Shown one piece after another: positions 1 through 9,083 of a DNA stretch of 61,459 bases. Position 1 is the first letter of the stretch; each line of letters begins with the position of its first letter. Under the pieces are notes generated by a model, which did not search any database, had not been told where the DNA came from, and saw only the letters and a list, made by a program, of their open reading frames with translations. Both the position numbers and the translations under genes were made by a program. The DNA lies in IMG/VR virus record IMGVR_UViG_3300032299_000267, positions 1 through 61,459 of that record. The stretch is one strand, 5' to 3'. The stretch comes from a virus. Taxonomy: Duplodnaviria; Caudoviricetes.

Positions 1-123
1 CATTAAGAACATTGGCAAGCTGGTGCCGAGCGCAGAAGACTTTAAGCCTAAAGACCCAGTTCAAGAAAACATGAATGTTCTTAATGGCAAACCCGTTAAG
101 GCGTTTATCTATCAGGATCATGA
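1..123. repeat. 123-bp exact terminal duplication (copy 1); circular-contig overlap
   Basis: 1-123 is identical to 61337-61459, and the portal reading frame continues in frame across the join. Confidence 0.97.
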
Positions 124-727
124 GGCGCACATTCAGGTTCACCAAGCGGCTATGCAAGATCCAAAAATCATGCAAATCGTTGGCCAAAACCCGAAAGCGC
201 AGATGATCCAAGCGGCTGCTATGGCTCACATTAATGAGCATGTGGCGTTCCAGTATCGCAAGGAAATAGAGAAGCAGTTAGGTATTCCGTTGCCAGAGAT
301 GGACAAGGAATTGCCGAAGGATATGGAGGTAGAAGTATCCCGCATGATGGCGTTGGCAGCACAAAAACTGTTAACAAAAGATCAAGCGGAAGCCGCAGAA
401 AAGCAGGCGCAACAAACGGCACAAGACCCGATTGTTCAAATGCAGCAGCAAGAGTTACAGCTTAAAGCCAAAGAAGTGGAAATCAAAGAGAAGAAACTTG
501 CTATGGAAGCTGCGGCAGAAGCTGACCGTATCGAGCTTGAGAAATCAAAAATTGAATCTCAGGAGCGTATTGCTGGCGTTCAAGCGGGAGCAAGAGTTGC
601 TTCTGAGAAAGCCAAGCTTGAGGGTGAGTTGGAATTAAAAGGCGTTGAGCTTGGAAGCAGAATAGCCAAAGAAAGAATGGAAATGCAAACCCAAGCGAAA
701 CAAGCAAACAAACCGAAAGGTAAATAA
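1..727 (+). CDS. Portal protein, C-terminal part (continues 59592-61459)
   Basis: ORF 23-727 is in frame with the ORF starting at 59592 (position 23 = 61359; offset 1767 = 589 codons). Q/A/E/K-rich coiled-coil tail typical of P22-like portals. Confidence 0.88.
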   Translation, partial: IKNIGKLVPSAEDFKPKDPVQENMNVLNGKPVKAFIYQDHEAHIQVHQAAMQDPKIMQIVGQNPKAQMIQAAAMAHINEHVAFQYRKEIEKQLGIPLPEMDKELPKDMEVEVSRMMALAAQKLLTKDQAEAAEKQAQQTAQDPIVQMQQQELQLKAKEVEIKEKKLAMEAAAEADRIELEKSKIESQERIAGVQAGARVASEKAKLEGELELKGVELGSRIAKERMEMQTQAKQANKPKGK

Positions 728-729
728 CT

Positions 730-921
730 ATGGATAAGACGTTAGAAATTCTCATTCAACAAGTGAGAGATAAGCGTCATCAGATAGTCGAGGCCGTCTC
801 AAACAACGCAGCCAAAGACTATTCTGAATATCAAAAACTCTGCGGCGAGATTCGGGGTCTCTCGATTGCGGAGGGTTTTATTCTTGACCTTGCAAAAACT
901 ATGGAGTTATCTGATGAGTGA
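730..921 (+). CDS. Small head-module protein, unknown function
   Basis: 63 aa, packed between portal and GroES-like gene; YQKLCGEIRGL segment. Confidence 0.75.
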   Translation: MDKTLEILIQQVRDKRHQIVEAVSNNAAKDYSEYQKLCGEIRGLSIAEGFILDLAKTMELSDE

Positions 922-1315
922 AATCGCAATCGCCACCGAAGACGGCGAGGTATCAACTCTGCCCCAAACAGCAGAGGAGAAAGCGAAACAATTACCGGAA
1001 CCAACTGGGTATCACATCCTAGTAGGACTGCCGGACAAAGAGGAAAAATTCGAGAGCGGCCTGTTAAAAGCAGACACAACCATGAATCACGAACAGATTC
1101 TGGCTACCGTATTTTTCGTAATCAAAATGGGGCCAGATTGCTACAAAGACGCAAAAAGGTTCCCAAATGGCCCATGGTGCAAGGAAGGGGATTTTATTCT
1201 CGCCCGTCCTAACACTGGCACCCGCCTGAAGATTCATGGTCGTGAGTTCCGACTCATTAACGACGATGTGGTCGAAGCGGTTGTGGATGATCCTCGCGGA
1301 ATATCTAGGGTTTAA
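914..1315 (+). CDS. GroES/Cpn10-like co-chaperonin
   Basis: LPEPTGYHILV, ESGLL, GPDCY, KEGDFIL, GTRLKIHGREFRLINDDVVEAVV match the GroES pattern. ATG at 914 (MSEIA) chosen as start. Confidence 0.8.
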   Translation: MSEIAIATEDGEVSTLPQTAEEKAKQLPEPTGYHILVGLPDKEEKFESGLLKADTTMNHEQILATVFFVIKMGPDCYKDAKRFPNGPWCKEGDFILARPNTGTRLKIHGREFRLINDDVVEAVVDDPRGISRV

Positions 1316-1329
1316 CAAAGGAGAAACAA

Positions 1330-2280
1330 ATGGCTACAAAAATGGACGCGGAGGAATTCCAGTTCCCCGATGAGAAAGACGAGGTATCTGCTGCGGCGGA
1401 TGACTTTGAGATAGAGATTGAGGACGATACTCCTGAAGAGGATCGGAATCGGCAGCCTTTACCTAAAGATATGGTTCAAGATCTTGAGCAAGATGAGCTT
1501 GAGGACTATAGCGAAGGGGTAAAAGAACGTCTAAAGCAGATGAAGAAAGTCTGGCATGACGAGCGCCGCGAGAAAGAACAAGCATTACGTGAACAGCAAG
1601 AAGCTATTGCATACGCAAAGCAGGTTCAGGAAGAAAACCGCGCTCTAAAAGGACGGTTATCTACAGGTGAGCAGCATTTTATTAACACCTATAAATCTGC
1701 GGTAGAGATGGAGCTGGACAATGCCAAGCGGGATTATAAGGACGCCTACGATCAAGGCGATTCTGACCGTTTGCTAGAAGCTCAGGAAAAGCTGAACAGT
1801 GCGCAGTTCAAACTTCAGAAAGCCAGAGAGTTTGTTCCGTCTGGACAGCCTGAAGAAAGTGATGTACAACCCGCAACAAATCCAGCTCCTCGCCCTGACC
1901 AACGAGCGATTGCGTGGCAAGAGCGCAATGAATGGTTTGGTAAGGATGAGGAGATGACTAGCCTGGCTCTGGGGTTACATCAGAAGTTAGTCGCTCAATA
2001 TGGGACGTCATATCCGTCTACAGATGAGTATTGGAAAAAGGTCGATGACACTATGCGTCGTCGATTCCCAGAAAATTTTGGGGATAGGGATCAGGAAGAA
2101 CCGGCACAAAAACCGCAACGACCTAACAGACCCGCTCCTGTCGTAGCCTCCGCTGACCGCAGCACACCCTCCAAAAAGGTGAAAATGAAGCAGTCACAAG
2201 TATTAATTGCTAAGAAATTAGGATTAACACCGGAGCAGTACGTCAAGGAAATGATTAAATTGGAGGCTACAAATGGCTGA
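1330..2280 (+). CDS. Putative capsid scaffolding protein
   Basis: Acidic N-terminus, long coiled coil, C-terminal AKKLGLTPEQY, located upstream of capsid genes; AGGAG RBS. Confidence 0.7.
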   Translation: MATKMDAEEFQFPDEKDEVSAAADDFEIEIEDDTPEEDRNRQPLPKDMVQDLEQDELEDYSEGVKERLKQMKKVWHDERREKEQALREQQEAIAYAKQVQEENRALKGRLSTGEQHFINTYKSAVEMELDNAKRDYKDAYDQGDSDRLLEAQEKLNSAQFKLQKAREFVPSGQPEESDVQPATNPAPRPDQRAIAWQERNEWFGKDEEMTSLALGLHQKLVAQYGTSYPSTDEYWKKVDDTMRRRFPENFGDRDQEEPAQKPQRPNRPAPVVASADRSTPSKKVKMKQSQVLIAKKLGLTPEQYVKEMIKLEATNG

Positions 2281-2722
2281 GAATAGAACACCCCGAAATG
2301 TAGAAACACGCGTCCAAGCGGAGCGCCCTAAGCAGTGGAGACCCGCAGAGCTTCTGCCAGAACCAGATAAGCTCCCAGGATATGCGTACAGATGGATTCG
2401 TGTTGGGCTTCAAGGAACTGCTGATCCACGCAACTACTCTGCCAAACTCAGAGAAGGTTGGGAGCCAGTAAAGATTGAAGAGCAACCAGCATTTCAACTG
2501 CTAGTCGATGAAGGCAGTCGATTCAAAGACTGTATTGAAGTTGGCGGATTGTTGCTTTGCAAGACCCCGCTTGAGTTTGTAGAGCAGCGTAATGGCTATT
2601 ACCTCAAGCAATCTGAAGATCAGATCAAGTCTGTTGATAACAATTTAATGCGGCAAAATGACCCTCGTATGCCGCTGTTCAAGGAGTCGAAATCTTCGAT
2701 TTCTAGGGGCGGTGGCAGTTAA
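2273..2722 (+). CDS. Head-module protein, unknown function
   Basis: 149 aa, overlaps scaffold stop; YRWIR...REGWEPV...GGLLLCK motifs. Confidence 0.75.
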   Translation: MAENRTPRNVETRVQAERPKQWRPAELLPEPDKLPGYAYRWIRVGLQGTADPRNYSAKLREGWEPVKIEEQPAFQLLVDEGSRFKDCIEVGGLLLCKTPLEFVEQRNGYYLKQSEDQIKSVDNNLMRQNDPRMPLFKESKSSISRGGGS

Positions 2723-2738
2723 TTTTTTGGAGTAAACA

Positions 2739-3395
2739 ATGGCATATCCAACTGTATCCAAGCCTTATGGCTTGCTACCGGTCAATTTGATCGGTGGACA
2801 GGTGTTCGCCGGTTCTACTCGCCTGATGTCTATTGCCAGCGGCTATAATGCTGACATTTTCTTTGGCGACGTAGTAAAGCGCGCATCTAACGGCACAATC
2901 GAAAAAGACACCGGCACTAGCACAGCTACGCCTGTTGGTATCTTTATGGGTTGTACTTACACTAACCCAAGCACCAAGCAGAAGTTGTTCTTCCAGAGCT
3001 ACCCTGCTGGTACAGCTGCACCTGATATTCAGGCTTACGTAGCTGATGATCCTGATGTTTTGTTCAAAGTAGCAACTGTCTCCACAGGTACAACCGTAGC
3101 TTTCTTCGGCCCTAGTATCGTTGGCGAAAACGCTGTTTTGTGCCAGAACGCTGGTTCAAACAATACAGGCGACTCCGCAGTTGCGATCTTTGGTGGCAAT
3201 ACTGCTACCACAGCATCGTTCCCAATTCGTATCGTTGACTTTGTGCCAGATACTGGCAACAGCTCCAACGGCTATTGCGAATTTATCTGCAAGTTTAATG
3301 CACCGTTTGCGGTGTCAACATTCAGCAGCCCAGGCAATACCGTGGCGACTGTTATGACCGGCGGGCATGCGTATCTCAACCCGACTGGCGTTTAA
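2739..3395 (+). CDS. Putative capsid decoration/cement protein
   Basis: G/T/A-rich, beta-type 218 aa directly upstream of the major capsid gene; GGAG RBS. Confidence 0.6.
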   Translation: MAYPTVSKPYGLLPVNLIGGQVFAGSTRLMSIASGYNADIFFGDVVKRASNGTIEKDTGTSTATPVGIFMGCTYTNPSTKQKLFFQSYPAGTAAPDIQAYVADDPDVLFKVATVSTGTTVAFFGPSIVGENAVLCQNAGSNNTGDSAVAIFGGNTATTASFPIRIVDFVPDTGNSSNGYCEFICKFNAPFAVSTFSSPGNTVATVMTGGHAYLNPTGV

Positions 3396-3405
3396 GGAGT
3401 AAGAC

Positions 3406-4314
3406 ATGGCTATTTCACGCGCACAACTATTGAAAGAGCTGCTGCCTGGCCTGAACGCTTTGTTCGGTTTAGAGTACGCTCGCTATGGTGAAGAACACAA
3501 AGAGATTTACGAAACTGAAACCTCTGAGCGTTCTTTCGAAGAAGAAACTAAACTTTCAGGTTTCAGCGCCGCACCTGTCAAGAACGAAGGTAGTGCAATT
3601 CGTTATGACAACGGCCAAGAAGCTTGGACAGCACGATACAACCACGAAACCATCGCTTTGGGTTTCTCGCTGACCGAAGAGGCTATCGAGGATAACTTGT
3701 ATGACAGCCTGTCGGCTCGTTATACAAAGGCGCTGGCCCGTGCTATGTCGTACACAAAGCAGGTTAAAGCTGCTGCCGTCCTTAACAACGGCTTCTCCAA
3801 TAGCTACCCAGGTGGCGACGGCGTTGCTTTGTTCTCGACCCAGCATCCTTTGGTCTCCGGTGGTGTTAACAGCAACACACCAGCTACCCAAGCTGACTTG
3901 AATGAAACTTCGTTGGAAAACTCAGTTATTCAAATCGCTGCTTGGACTGATGAACGTGATCTGTTGATCGCCGCTAAACCACGCAAGCTGATTGTTCCAT
4001 CGGCTCTCCAGTTCGTTGCTACTCGTTTGTTAGAAACCAGCCTGCGCGTTGGCACTAACGACAACGATATCAACGCATTGAAGAACAATGGTTCAATTCC
4101 TGAAGGTTATACGATTAACCACTTCTTGACCGACACAAACGCATGGTTCCTGACCACTGACGTTCCAAACGGCATGAAGCACTTTGTTCGTACACCGCTT
4201 CAGAACTCGATGGATGGCGACTTTGATACTGGTAACGTCCGTTACAAGTCTCGCGAGCGTTATTCGTTTGGTTTCTCCGATCCACTCGGTATGTTTGGTT
4301 CGCAAGGCGCTTAA
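3406..4314 (+). CDS. Major capsid protein
   Basis: 302 aa MAISRAQLLKELLPGLNALFG...RERYSFGFSDP; strong AAGGAG RBS; followed by a terminator. Confidence 0.88.
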   Translation: MAISRAQLLKELLPGLNALFGLEYARYGEEHKEIYETETSERSFEEETKLSGFSAAPVKNEGSAIRYDNGQEAWTARYNHETIALGFSLTEEAIEDNLYDSLSARYTKALARAMSYTKQVKAAAVLNNGFSNSYPGGDGVALFSTQHPLVSGGVNSNTPATQADLNETSLENSVIQIAAWTDERDLLIAAKPRKLIVPSALQFVATRLLETSLRVGTNDNDINALKNNGSIPEGYTINHFLTDTNAWFLTTDVPNGMKHFVRTPLQNSMDGDFDTGNVRYKSRERYSFGFSDPLGMFGSQGA

Positions 4315-4322
4315 TGTGCTGG

Positions 4323-4352
4323 AAAAGGGGGATATAAAAGTCCCCCTTTTTT
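4323..4352 (+). terminator. Intrinsic terminator after major capsid gene
   Basis: AAAAGGGGGA-tataaaag-TCCCCCTTTTTT hairpin plus T-run. Confidence 0.8.
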
Positions 4353-4376
4353 GTATAGATTTATGATATAAAGTAA

Positions 4377-4462
4377 GAAATTCCGGGTATTCCGGTATGG
4401 CAAACAGTCCCGGCTGACGACATGCAGATTGCCACTACCTAACTCGCATGTGAGGAAAATTT
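4377..4462 (+). ncRNA. Candidate pseudoknotted structured RNA (hammerhead-like core elements)
   Basis: Pairings 4383-87/4409-13, 4394-4403/4429-39 and 4420-25/4446-51; CTGACGA at 4414-20. Confidence 0.4.
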
Positions 4463-4464
4463 AA

Positions 4465-4944
4465 ATGGCACTTTCTACCACCCAAAGTATTTGGCGCTCT
4501 GGCGGCGGCGACACGACTCGTCAAGCTTATTGCGGCACCGGCCTTATGACAGCTGGTTTCTTCGATGCTAATGTTACCGCTAGTAGCAATGCAGTAGTTG
4601 CGCTTGGTCAAACACCTATAGTCATTCTTCCAGCTAATGCTGTAGTAACGTCAGTCGTTATTACCAGCCCTATTACATCTGGCACTATCAATGTTGGTTT
4701 TACAACCATCACTGGCGGCGTATCTAATTCTTCTTTTTACGTAGCGAACTCAATTGCAACTTCAGCTCGCGTTATTGATCCTGGCTCTACTGGCGCAGGC
4801 GGCGGCATTGGCACCGTAGCTAACGCAACAGTTAACACAGTGTTGACTATTGAGTCTGGCCAAGGCAGCCCTGGTAACGGCACGGTTGGCGGTTTTGTTA
4901 CTTACTTCGTTACTGACTATTTGTTCGGTCAACAGAACGTCTAA
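4465..4944 (+). CDS. Putative virion structural protein
   Basis: G/T/V/S-rich 159 aa with ILPANAVVTSV motif; GAGG RBS. Confidence 0.65.
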   Translation: MALSTTQSIWRSGGGDTTRQAYCGTGLMTAGFFDANVTASSNAVVALGQTPIVILPANAVVTSVVITSPITSGTINVGFTTITGGVSNSSFYVANSIATSARVIDPGSTGAGGGIGTVANATVNTVLTIESGQGSPGNGTVGGFVTYFVTDYLFGQQNV

Positions 4945-4956
4945 TAGGAGGTCATT

Positions 4957-5472
4957 ATGACCATGCAAACAGACGTTCTAAGTGGGCATTTGCACCAAAG
5001 TGGGTTTATTATTACGCAAAATCGTTCGCGGGTTAAAGCTATCTCCATTAGGGGGACTACGAACGCTGGGCAGTTTGACCTTTTTAGTACGTTAACTGCT
5101 CCTGTGCAGGCTACGTATGGTCAGGCAAACAATACGATAACCATAACTAGCAATAATCATGGTTTATCTAATGGCGCACAGATTGGCATTAGTTTTACTG
5201 ATGGTTCTGGCGGAGCAGGTTTCCCAGGTAATTATAATATTACTTATGGAAATGTTAATTCGTTTTCTATTACAAGTCCAAATAATACAAATGTTTCTGC
5301 GGGAACATCATGCGTTTATGTAACTAATGGTACTTGGTTGGTGACGTTTGAGACTGCTGCTAACGATACGTTCCAGAATTACTTTTTGCTACCAGGCGAA
5401 GGCATTTTGGCTAAACAAACTGTGTATGCTTATTTGAGTAACATCTCAGTTGCAACAGTATTCTATGGCTAA
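4957..5472 (+). CDS. Putative virion structural protein
   Basis: 171 aa; AGGAGG RBS; ITITSNNHGLSNGAQI resembles a fibre/FCCH-like beta module. Confidence 0.65.
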   Translation: MTMQTDVLSGHLHQSGFIITQNRSRVKAISIRGTTNAGQFDLFSTLTAPVQATYGQANNTITITSNNHGLSNGAQIGISFTDGSGGAGFPGNYNITYGNVNSFSITSPNNTNVSAGTSCVYVTNGTWLVTFETAANDTFQNYFLLPGEGILAKQTVYAYLSNISVATVFYG

Positions 5473-5719
5473 GAAAACCCCATCCCTTGCTATTGGTCGC
5501 GGCGAAAAGCTACCTGCGTCAAAAGGGGCGGGGCTTACTGCCAAAGGTCGCGCTAAGTACAACGCAGCAACTGGGTCTAATTTAAAAGCACCGCAGCCTG
5601 AAGGTGGGCCACGTAAGAAATCATTTTGCGCTCGTATGTCTGGAATGCCAGGCCCGATGAAAGATGAGAACGGCAAGCCTACTCGTAAAGCGGCATCATT
5701 AAAAAGATGGAAATGTTGA
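5465..5719 (+). CDS. Small basic phage protein
   Basis: GLTAKGRAKYNAATGSNLKAP...RKKSFCARM...SLKRWKC; start set at ATG 5465. Confidence 0.7.
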   Translation: MAKKTPSLAIGRGEKLPASKGAGLTAKGRAKYNAATGSNLKAPQPEGGPRKKSFCARMSGMPGPMKDENGKPTRKAASLKRWKC

Positions 5720-5720
5720 C

Positions 5721-5912
5721 ATGGACACTCACGACATTAAAGTAATGACCGATGGCGCTGCTGTTGTTGTAGGGGTAAGTGGCTTTATGTCATGGTTCCC
5801 GCCGATTGTTGCTTTAGTTGGTGGCTTGCTTACAATAATTTGGTTAAGCCTACGTATATATGAGACTGATACTGTGAAATCTTTAATCGGTCAGTTTAAG
5901 GATAAATCATGA
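5721..5912 (+). CDS. Small membrane protein (holin-like candidate)
   Basis: 63 aa with hydrophobic segments (PPIVALVGGLLTIIWLSL). Confidence 0.5.
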   Translation: MDTHDIKVMTDGAAVVVGVSGFMSWFPPIVALVGGLLTIIWLSLRIYETDTVKSLIGQFKDKS

Positions 5913-6694
5913 AACGCAAAGTTAAAAAATTTGCTGAGGGCGGCACAAATGTGCGCACCCGCACTGATGAAGAATTTGCTGAAGATAGTAAGTTTGGCGG
6001 TTACGGTCGTTACATGCCAAAGACAAAAAGCATCACGCTTGGCGGCAAATCAAGCGCAGAAGAAGATCGTCCAATATCTAGCGGCGTAGAGGACTACGCG
6101 ACTTTAGGCAAACGTGCTGGCGCAGTATCTACAATGTCTGGCCCAAAGGAATACATTTCTGAGTCTATTAAAGAGGACACAGAAAAAGAAACAGAATCTC
6201 CTAAAGGTATAGCTTCCGGCTTTAAGTCAGGCGAGTCAAAGTTTGAGCGGAATGACAATGAAGTAAAGATGCCAGCAGCAAAGAAAAAAAGAAAAACTAG
6301 TGATGTTACTAAAAAATCTTATGGATTTAATGAAGATCCTTCTTATAAAACTTTGCCCGGCATAGCATCTGACAAGGATGCAAAATCGAAAACTCTGCCC
6401 GAAAAGACGGATTCTAAAAAAGAGTATTACCGTGACTTCAGCGGTAAGATTAAAGAAAAAACTCCAGATACAAATTCATTCAAAGATTTTGGCGAAATGA
6501 TTGCTAAAGGAGCTGGGGCATTAGGCAGGGGAATTAGGGATTATGCTTCAACTATTAAATCTCCTGCGCAACGTCGGGACGAGGAAAAAGCATCAAAAGA
6601 AAAAGGTTTTGCAAAAGGCGGCAAAGTTTCTAGTGCATCCTCCCGTGGTGACGGTATAGCCCAGCGCGGCAAAACGAAAGGCAGGATGTGCTAA
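5909..6694 (+). CDS. Charged low-complexity protein with GG motifs
   Basis: N-terminal KFAEGG; C-terminal FAKGGKVSSASSRGDGIAQRGKTKGRMC. Confidence 0.7.
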   Translation: MKRKVKKFAEGGTNVRTRTDEEFAEDSKFGGYGRYMPKTKSITLGGKSSAEEDRPISSGVEDYATLGKRAGAVSTMSGPKEYISESIKEDTEKETESPKGIASGFKSGESKFERNDNEVKMPAAKKKRKTSDVTKKSYGFNEDPSYKTLPGIASDKDAKSKTLPEKTDSKKEYYRDFSGKIKEKTPDTNSFKDFGEMIAKGAGALGRGIRDYASTIKSPAQRRDEEKASKEKGFAKGGKVSSASSRGDGIAQRGKTKGRMC

Positions 6695-6948
6695 TGGCTA
6701 AGACTAAATACGCAGACGGCGGTATGACGCAGCAGCCTACGTATCCTTTTTATGGCACTCAGCCGCAAACTAGCGGTGTAAATGGCGGCACGAATCAGAC
6801 ATTTAACATGCAGCCACAGGCTAATGCAGCGCCTAACCAGCAGCAGCCTATGCAACAACCTATGCAAACATTCAAAAGCGGCGGCAAAGTGTCGTCTGCT
6901 TCTAAACGTGCGGACGGCTGCGCTGTTCGCGGAAAAACGAGGGCTTAA
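6694..6948 (+). CDS. Small Q/P-rich protein with GG motifs
   Basis: KYADGG ... FKSGGKVSSASKRADGCAVRGKTRA; TAATG stop/start coupling. Confidence 0.7.
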   Translation: MAKTKYADGGMTQQPTYPFYGTQPQTSGVNGGTNQTFNMQPQANAAPNQQQPMQQPMQTFKSGGKVSSASKRADGCAVRGKTRA

Positions 6949-6950
6949 TT

Positions 6951-7505
6951 ATGAGTACACCTAAACCAAATCCCATTCAAAGGGGAGAGTCAGAAAAAAA
7001 TATAGCATATAAAATGCCTATGCCTATGCCTAAGGGAACGCCTATGCCTGAGCCTAGGAGAACGCCTATGCCTGAGCCTAAGGGAACGCCTATGCCTGAG
7101 CCTAAGGGAACGCCTATGCCTGAGCCTAGGAGAACGCCTATGTTTCAGTCTAAGGGAACGTTTATGCCTACACCTAGGCCGCCTATGCCTCGTGTGCAGC
7201 CAAAGCCTTCAGTGACGACTAGGCCTATGCCGCCTATGCCTCAAGTGCAGCCAAAACCTTCAGTGACGCCTATGCCTATGCCGCCTATGGAAGAGTTTGT
7301 GCCTGAGGATAGTAGCTATGATTATAAACCTGGATATGAACCTACATTTAGACCAATGCCGGTACCAAAAAATCCTGACCCTCCTGTATACATGAAAAAA
7401 GGTGGCAAAGTTAAATCTTCATCTGCTAAAAGAAAAGCATCAACCGCATCTAGTCGCGGCGATGGTATTGCTCAACGCGGCAAGACAAAGGGGCGGATGG
7501 TGTAA
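6951..7505 (+). CDS. Pro/Met-rich repeat protein with GG motif
   Basis: PMPEPKGT repeats; C-terminal MKKGGKV...SSRGDGIAQRGKTKGRMV. Confidence 0.7.
   Translation: MSTPKPNPIQRGESEKNIAYKMPMPMPKGTPMPEPRRTPMPEPKGTPMPEPKGTPMPEPRRTPMFQSKGTFMPTPRPPMPRVQPKPSVTTRPMPPMPQVQPKPSVTPMPMPPMEEFVPEDSSYDYKPGYEPTFRPMPVPKNPDPPVYMKKGGKVKSSSAKRKASTASSRGDGIAQRGKTKGRMV
7041..7160 (+). repeat. 24-bp coding tandem repeat x5 (PMPEP[KG/RR]T)
   Basis: cctatgcctgagcctaagggaacg-type units at 7041, 7065, 7089, 7113 and a degenerate one at 7137. Confidence 0.9.
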
Positions 7506-8074
7506 TGCCTGCCGTATCTAAAAAGCAGGAAAGGTTTATGCAGGCGGTAGCTCACAACCCTGCATTTGCTAAAAAGGCCGGTGTGCCGCAGAGTGTGGGT
7601 AAGGAATTTACTAAATCAGGAGGCGGTATGGCTGAGTCAAAGAAGATGGTTAAGAAAGAAGTGTCGTTTATGAAGTCTAAAGGCGCTCCTAAGTCCATGA
7701 TCAAACATGAGATGGCTGAAGCTGGCATGAAAAAAGGTGGCATGAGCAAGACAAAAAAGATGGCTATGGGTGGATACGCTGATGGCGGTATGCCTATGGT
7801 TATGAAGGATGGCGTAAAAGTTCCGGCGTTTGCTGCTGACGGCAAAGGTAAGATGGCTAAAGGCGGTACTGCTATGAAAAAGATGGCTAATGGCGGTATG
7901 ACTTCGATGGGCAAAGTAAAGACTGCCGCTCCTAGCCGCGATGGTGTTGCTGTTAAAGGCAAAACTGTAGGCAGGAATCTAGGTGACTCCGGCAAGAATG
8001 TTGGCATCATGAGTGGCGCTAAAGGCATGAAAAGTGGCGGTATGTCTAAGATGAAAAAAGGCGGGTATTGCTAA
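7505..8074 (+). CDS. K/M/G-rich basic protein with many GG motifs
   Basis: MKKGG, MAMGG, YADGG, MAKGG, MANGG, MKSGG, MKKGG. Confidence 0.7.
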   Translation: MPAVSKKQERFMQAVAHNPAFAKKAGVPQSVGKEFTKSGGGMAESKKMVKKEVSFMKSKGAPKSMIKHEMAEAGMKKGGMSKTKKMAMGGYADGGMPMVMKDGVKVPAFAADGKGKMAKGGTAMKKMANGGMTSMGKVKTAAPSRDGVAVKGKTVGRNLGDSGKNVGIMSGAKGMKSGGMSKMKKGGYC

Positions 8075-8340
8075 TGAGGCCGTCACGCGGCATGGGTGAT
8101 GTAGCCCCTTCTAAGATGCCCAAGGGCGCAAAGAAAGCCCGCAAAGATGATACCGACTTCACCCAGTATAAGAAGGGTGGAAAGGTAAAGCCTGTGTGGG
8201 ATAAGCCGCGTCCTAAAGAATTGGGTAAGCCGTCTGTGCTTAGTGCCGTAAAGAAAGCCTCTGCTAAGAGGATGGCTAAAGCAGCAGGCAGACCTTATCC
8301 AAATTTAGTGGATAACATGCGCGCAGCTAGGAATAAGTAA
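8074..8340 (+). CDS. Small basic protein
   Basis: YKKGGKV ... AGRPYPNLVDNM; TAATG coupling at both ends. Confidence 0.65.
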   Translation: MRPSRGMGDVAPSKMPKGAKKARKDDTDFTQYKKGGKVKPVWDKPRPKELGKPSVLSAVKKASAKRMAKAAGRPYPNLVDNMRAARNK

Positions 8341-9080
8341 TGCCATACACAACCACTACTACAGCATTTAATCCAACCCTTAATGAAATTATTGAGGAGG
8401 CTTTTGAGCGAGTAGGTTTGGAGTTGCGTACTGGTTATGACTTTCGTACTGCGCGTCGCAGCTTAAATCTGTTGATATCAGAGTGGGCTAATCGCGGCAT
8501 TAACTTGTGGACTATTGAACAAGGGACAATCCCACTTGTTCAAGGCACAAGCACTTACGACTTGCCTGCTGATACTGTTGATCTTCTTGAGCATGTTATT
8601 CGTAACTACCCTGGATCTGAAGCTAACCAGATTGATATCAACATTAACCGAATAAGCATCTCTACGTATTCGACTATTCCTAATAAGTTGACACAAGGCC
8701 GCCCGATTCAAGTGTGGGTCAACCGCCGCTCTGGGCAGACTACGGATGCAGTTGGAGCTACACCTCAGTTGCCGCAGATTAATGTATGGCCGACGCCCGA
8801 TCAAGGCACAGCCCAGTCTCCATTCTATTACTTTGTGTATTGGCGTTTGCGCCGTATGGTAGATGCAGGCAGTGGTGTAAATGTGGAAGACATTCCATTC
8901 CGTTTTCAAGAATGCTTAATTTGTGGTCTAGCGTACAGGCTGGCAATGAAGCTGCCAAATGGATTGCAGCGCATACAGTTACTTAAAGCTCAGTACGATG
9001 AGGCATGGGAAATGGCGGCAGGAGAAGACCGCGAAAAAGCGCCAGATCGTTTGGTGCCTCGCATGATTACTTACAGGTGA
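8340..9080 (+). CDS. Putative head-tail adaptor/connector protein
   Basis: IIEEAFER...ARRSLNLL..EWANRG.NLW...DIPFRF..CL..GLAY.LA pattern; position in virion module. Confidence 0.6.
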   Translation: MPYTTTTTAFNPTLNEIIEEAFERVGLELRTGYDFRTARRSLNLLISEWANRGINLWTIEQGTIPLVQGTSTYDLPADTVDLLEHVIRNYPGSEANQIDININRISISTYSTIPNKLTQGRPIQVWVNRRSGQTTDAVGATPQLPQINVWPTPDQGTAQSPFYYFVYWRLRRMVDAGSGVNVEDIPFRFQECLICGLAYRLAMKLPNGLQRIQLLKAQYDEAWEMAAGEDREKAPDRLVPRMITYR

Positions 9081-9083
9081 TGT

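Noticed and set aside
1-123. Biological direct terminal repeat
   Set aside because: It falls mid-portal and in frame, so it is most simply an assembly overlap of a circular contig.
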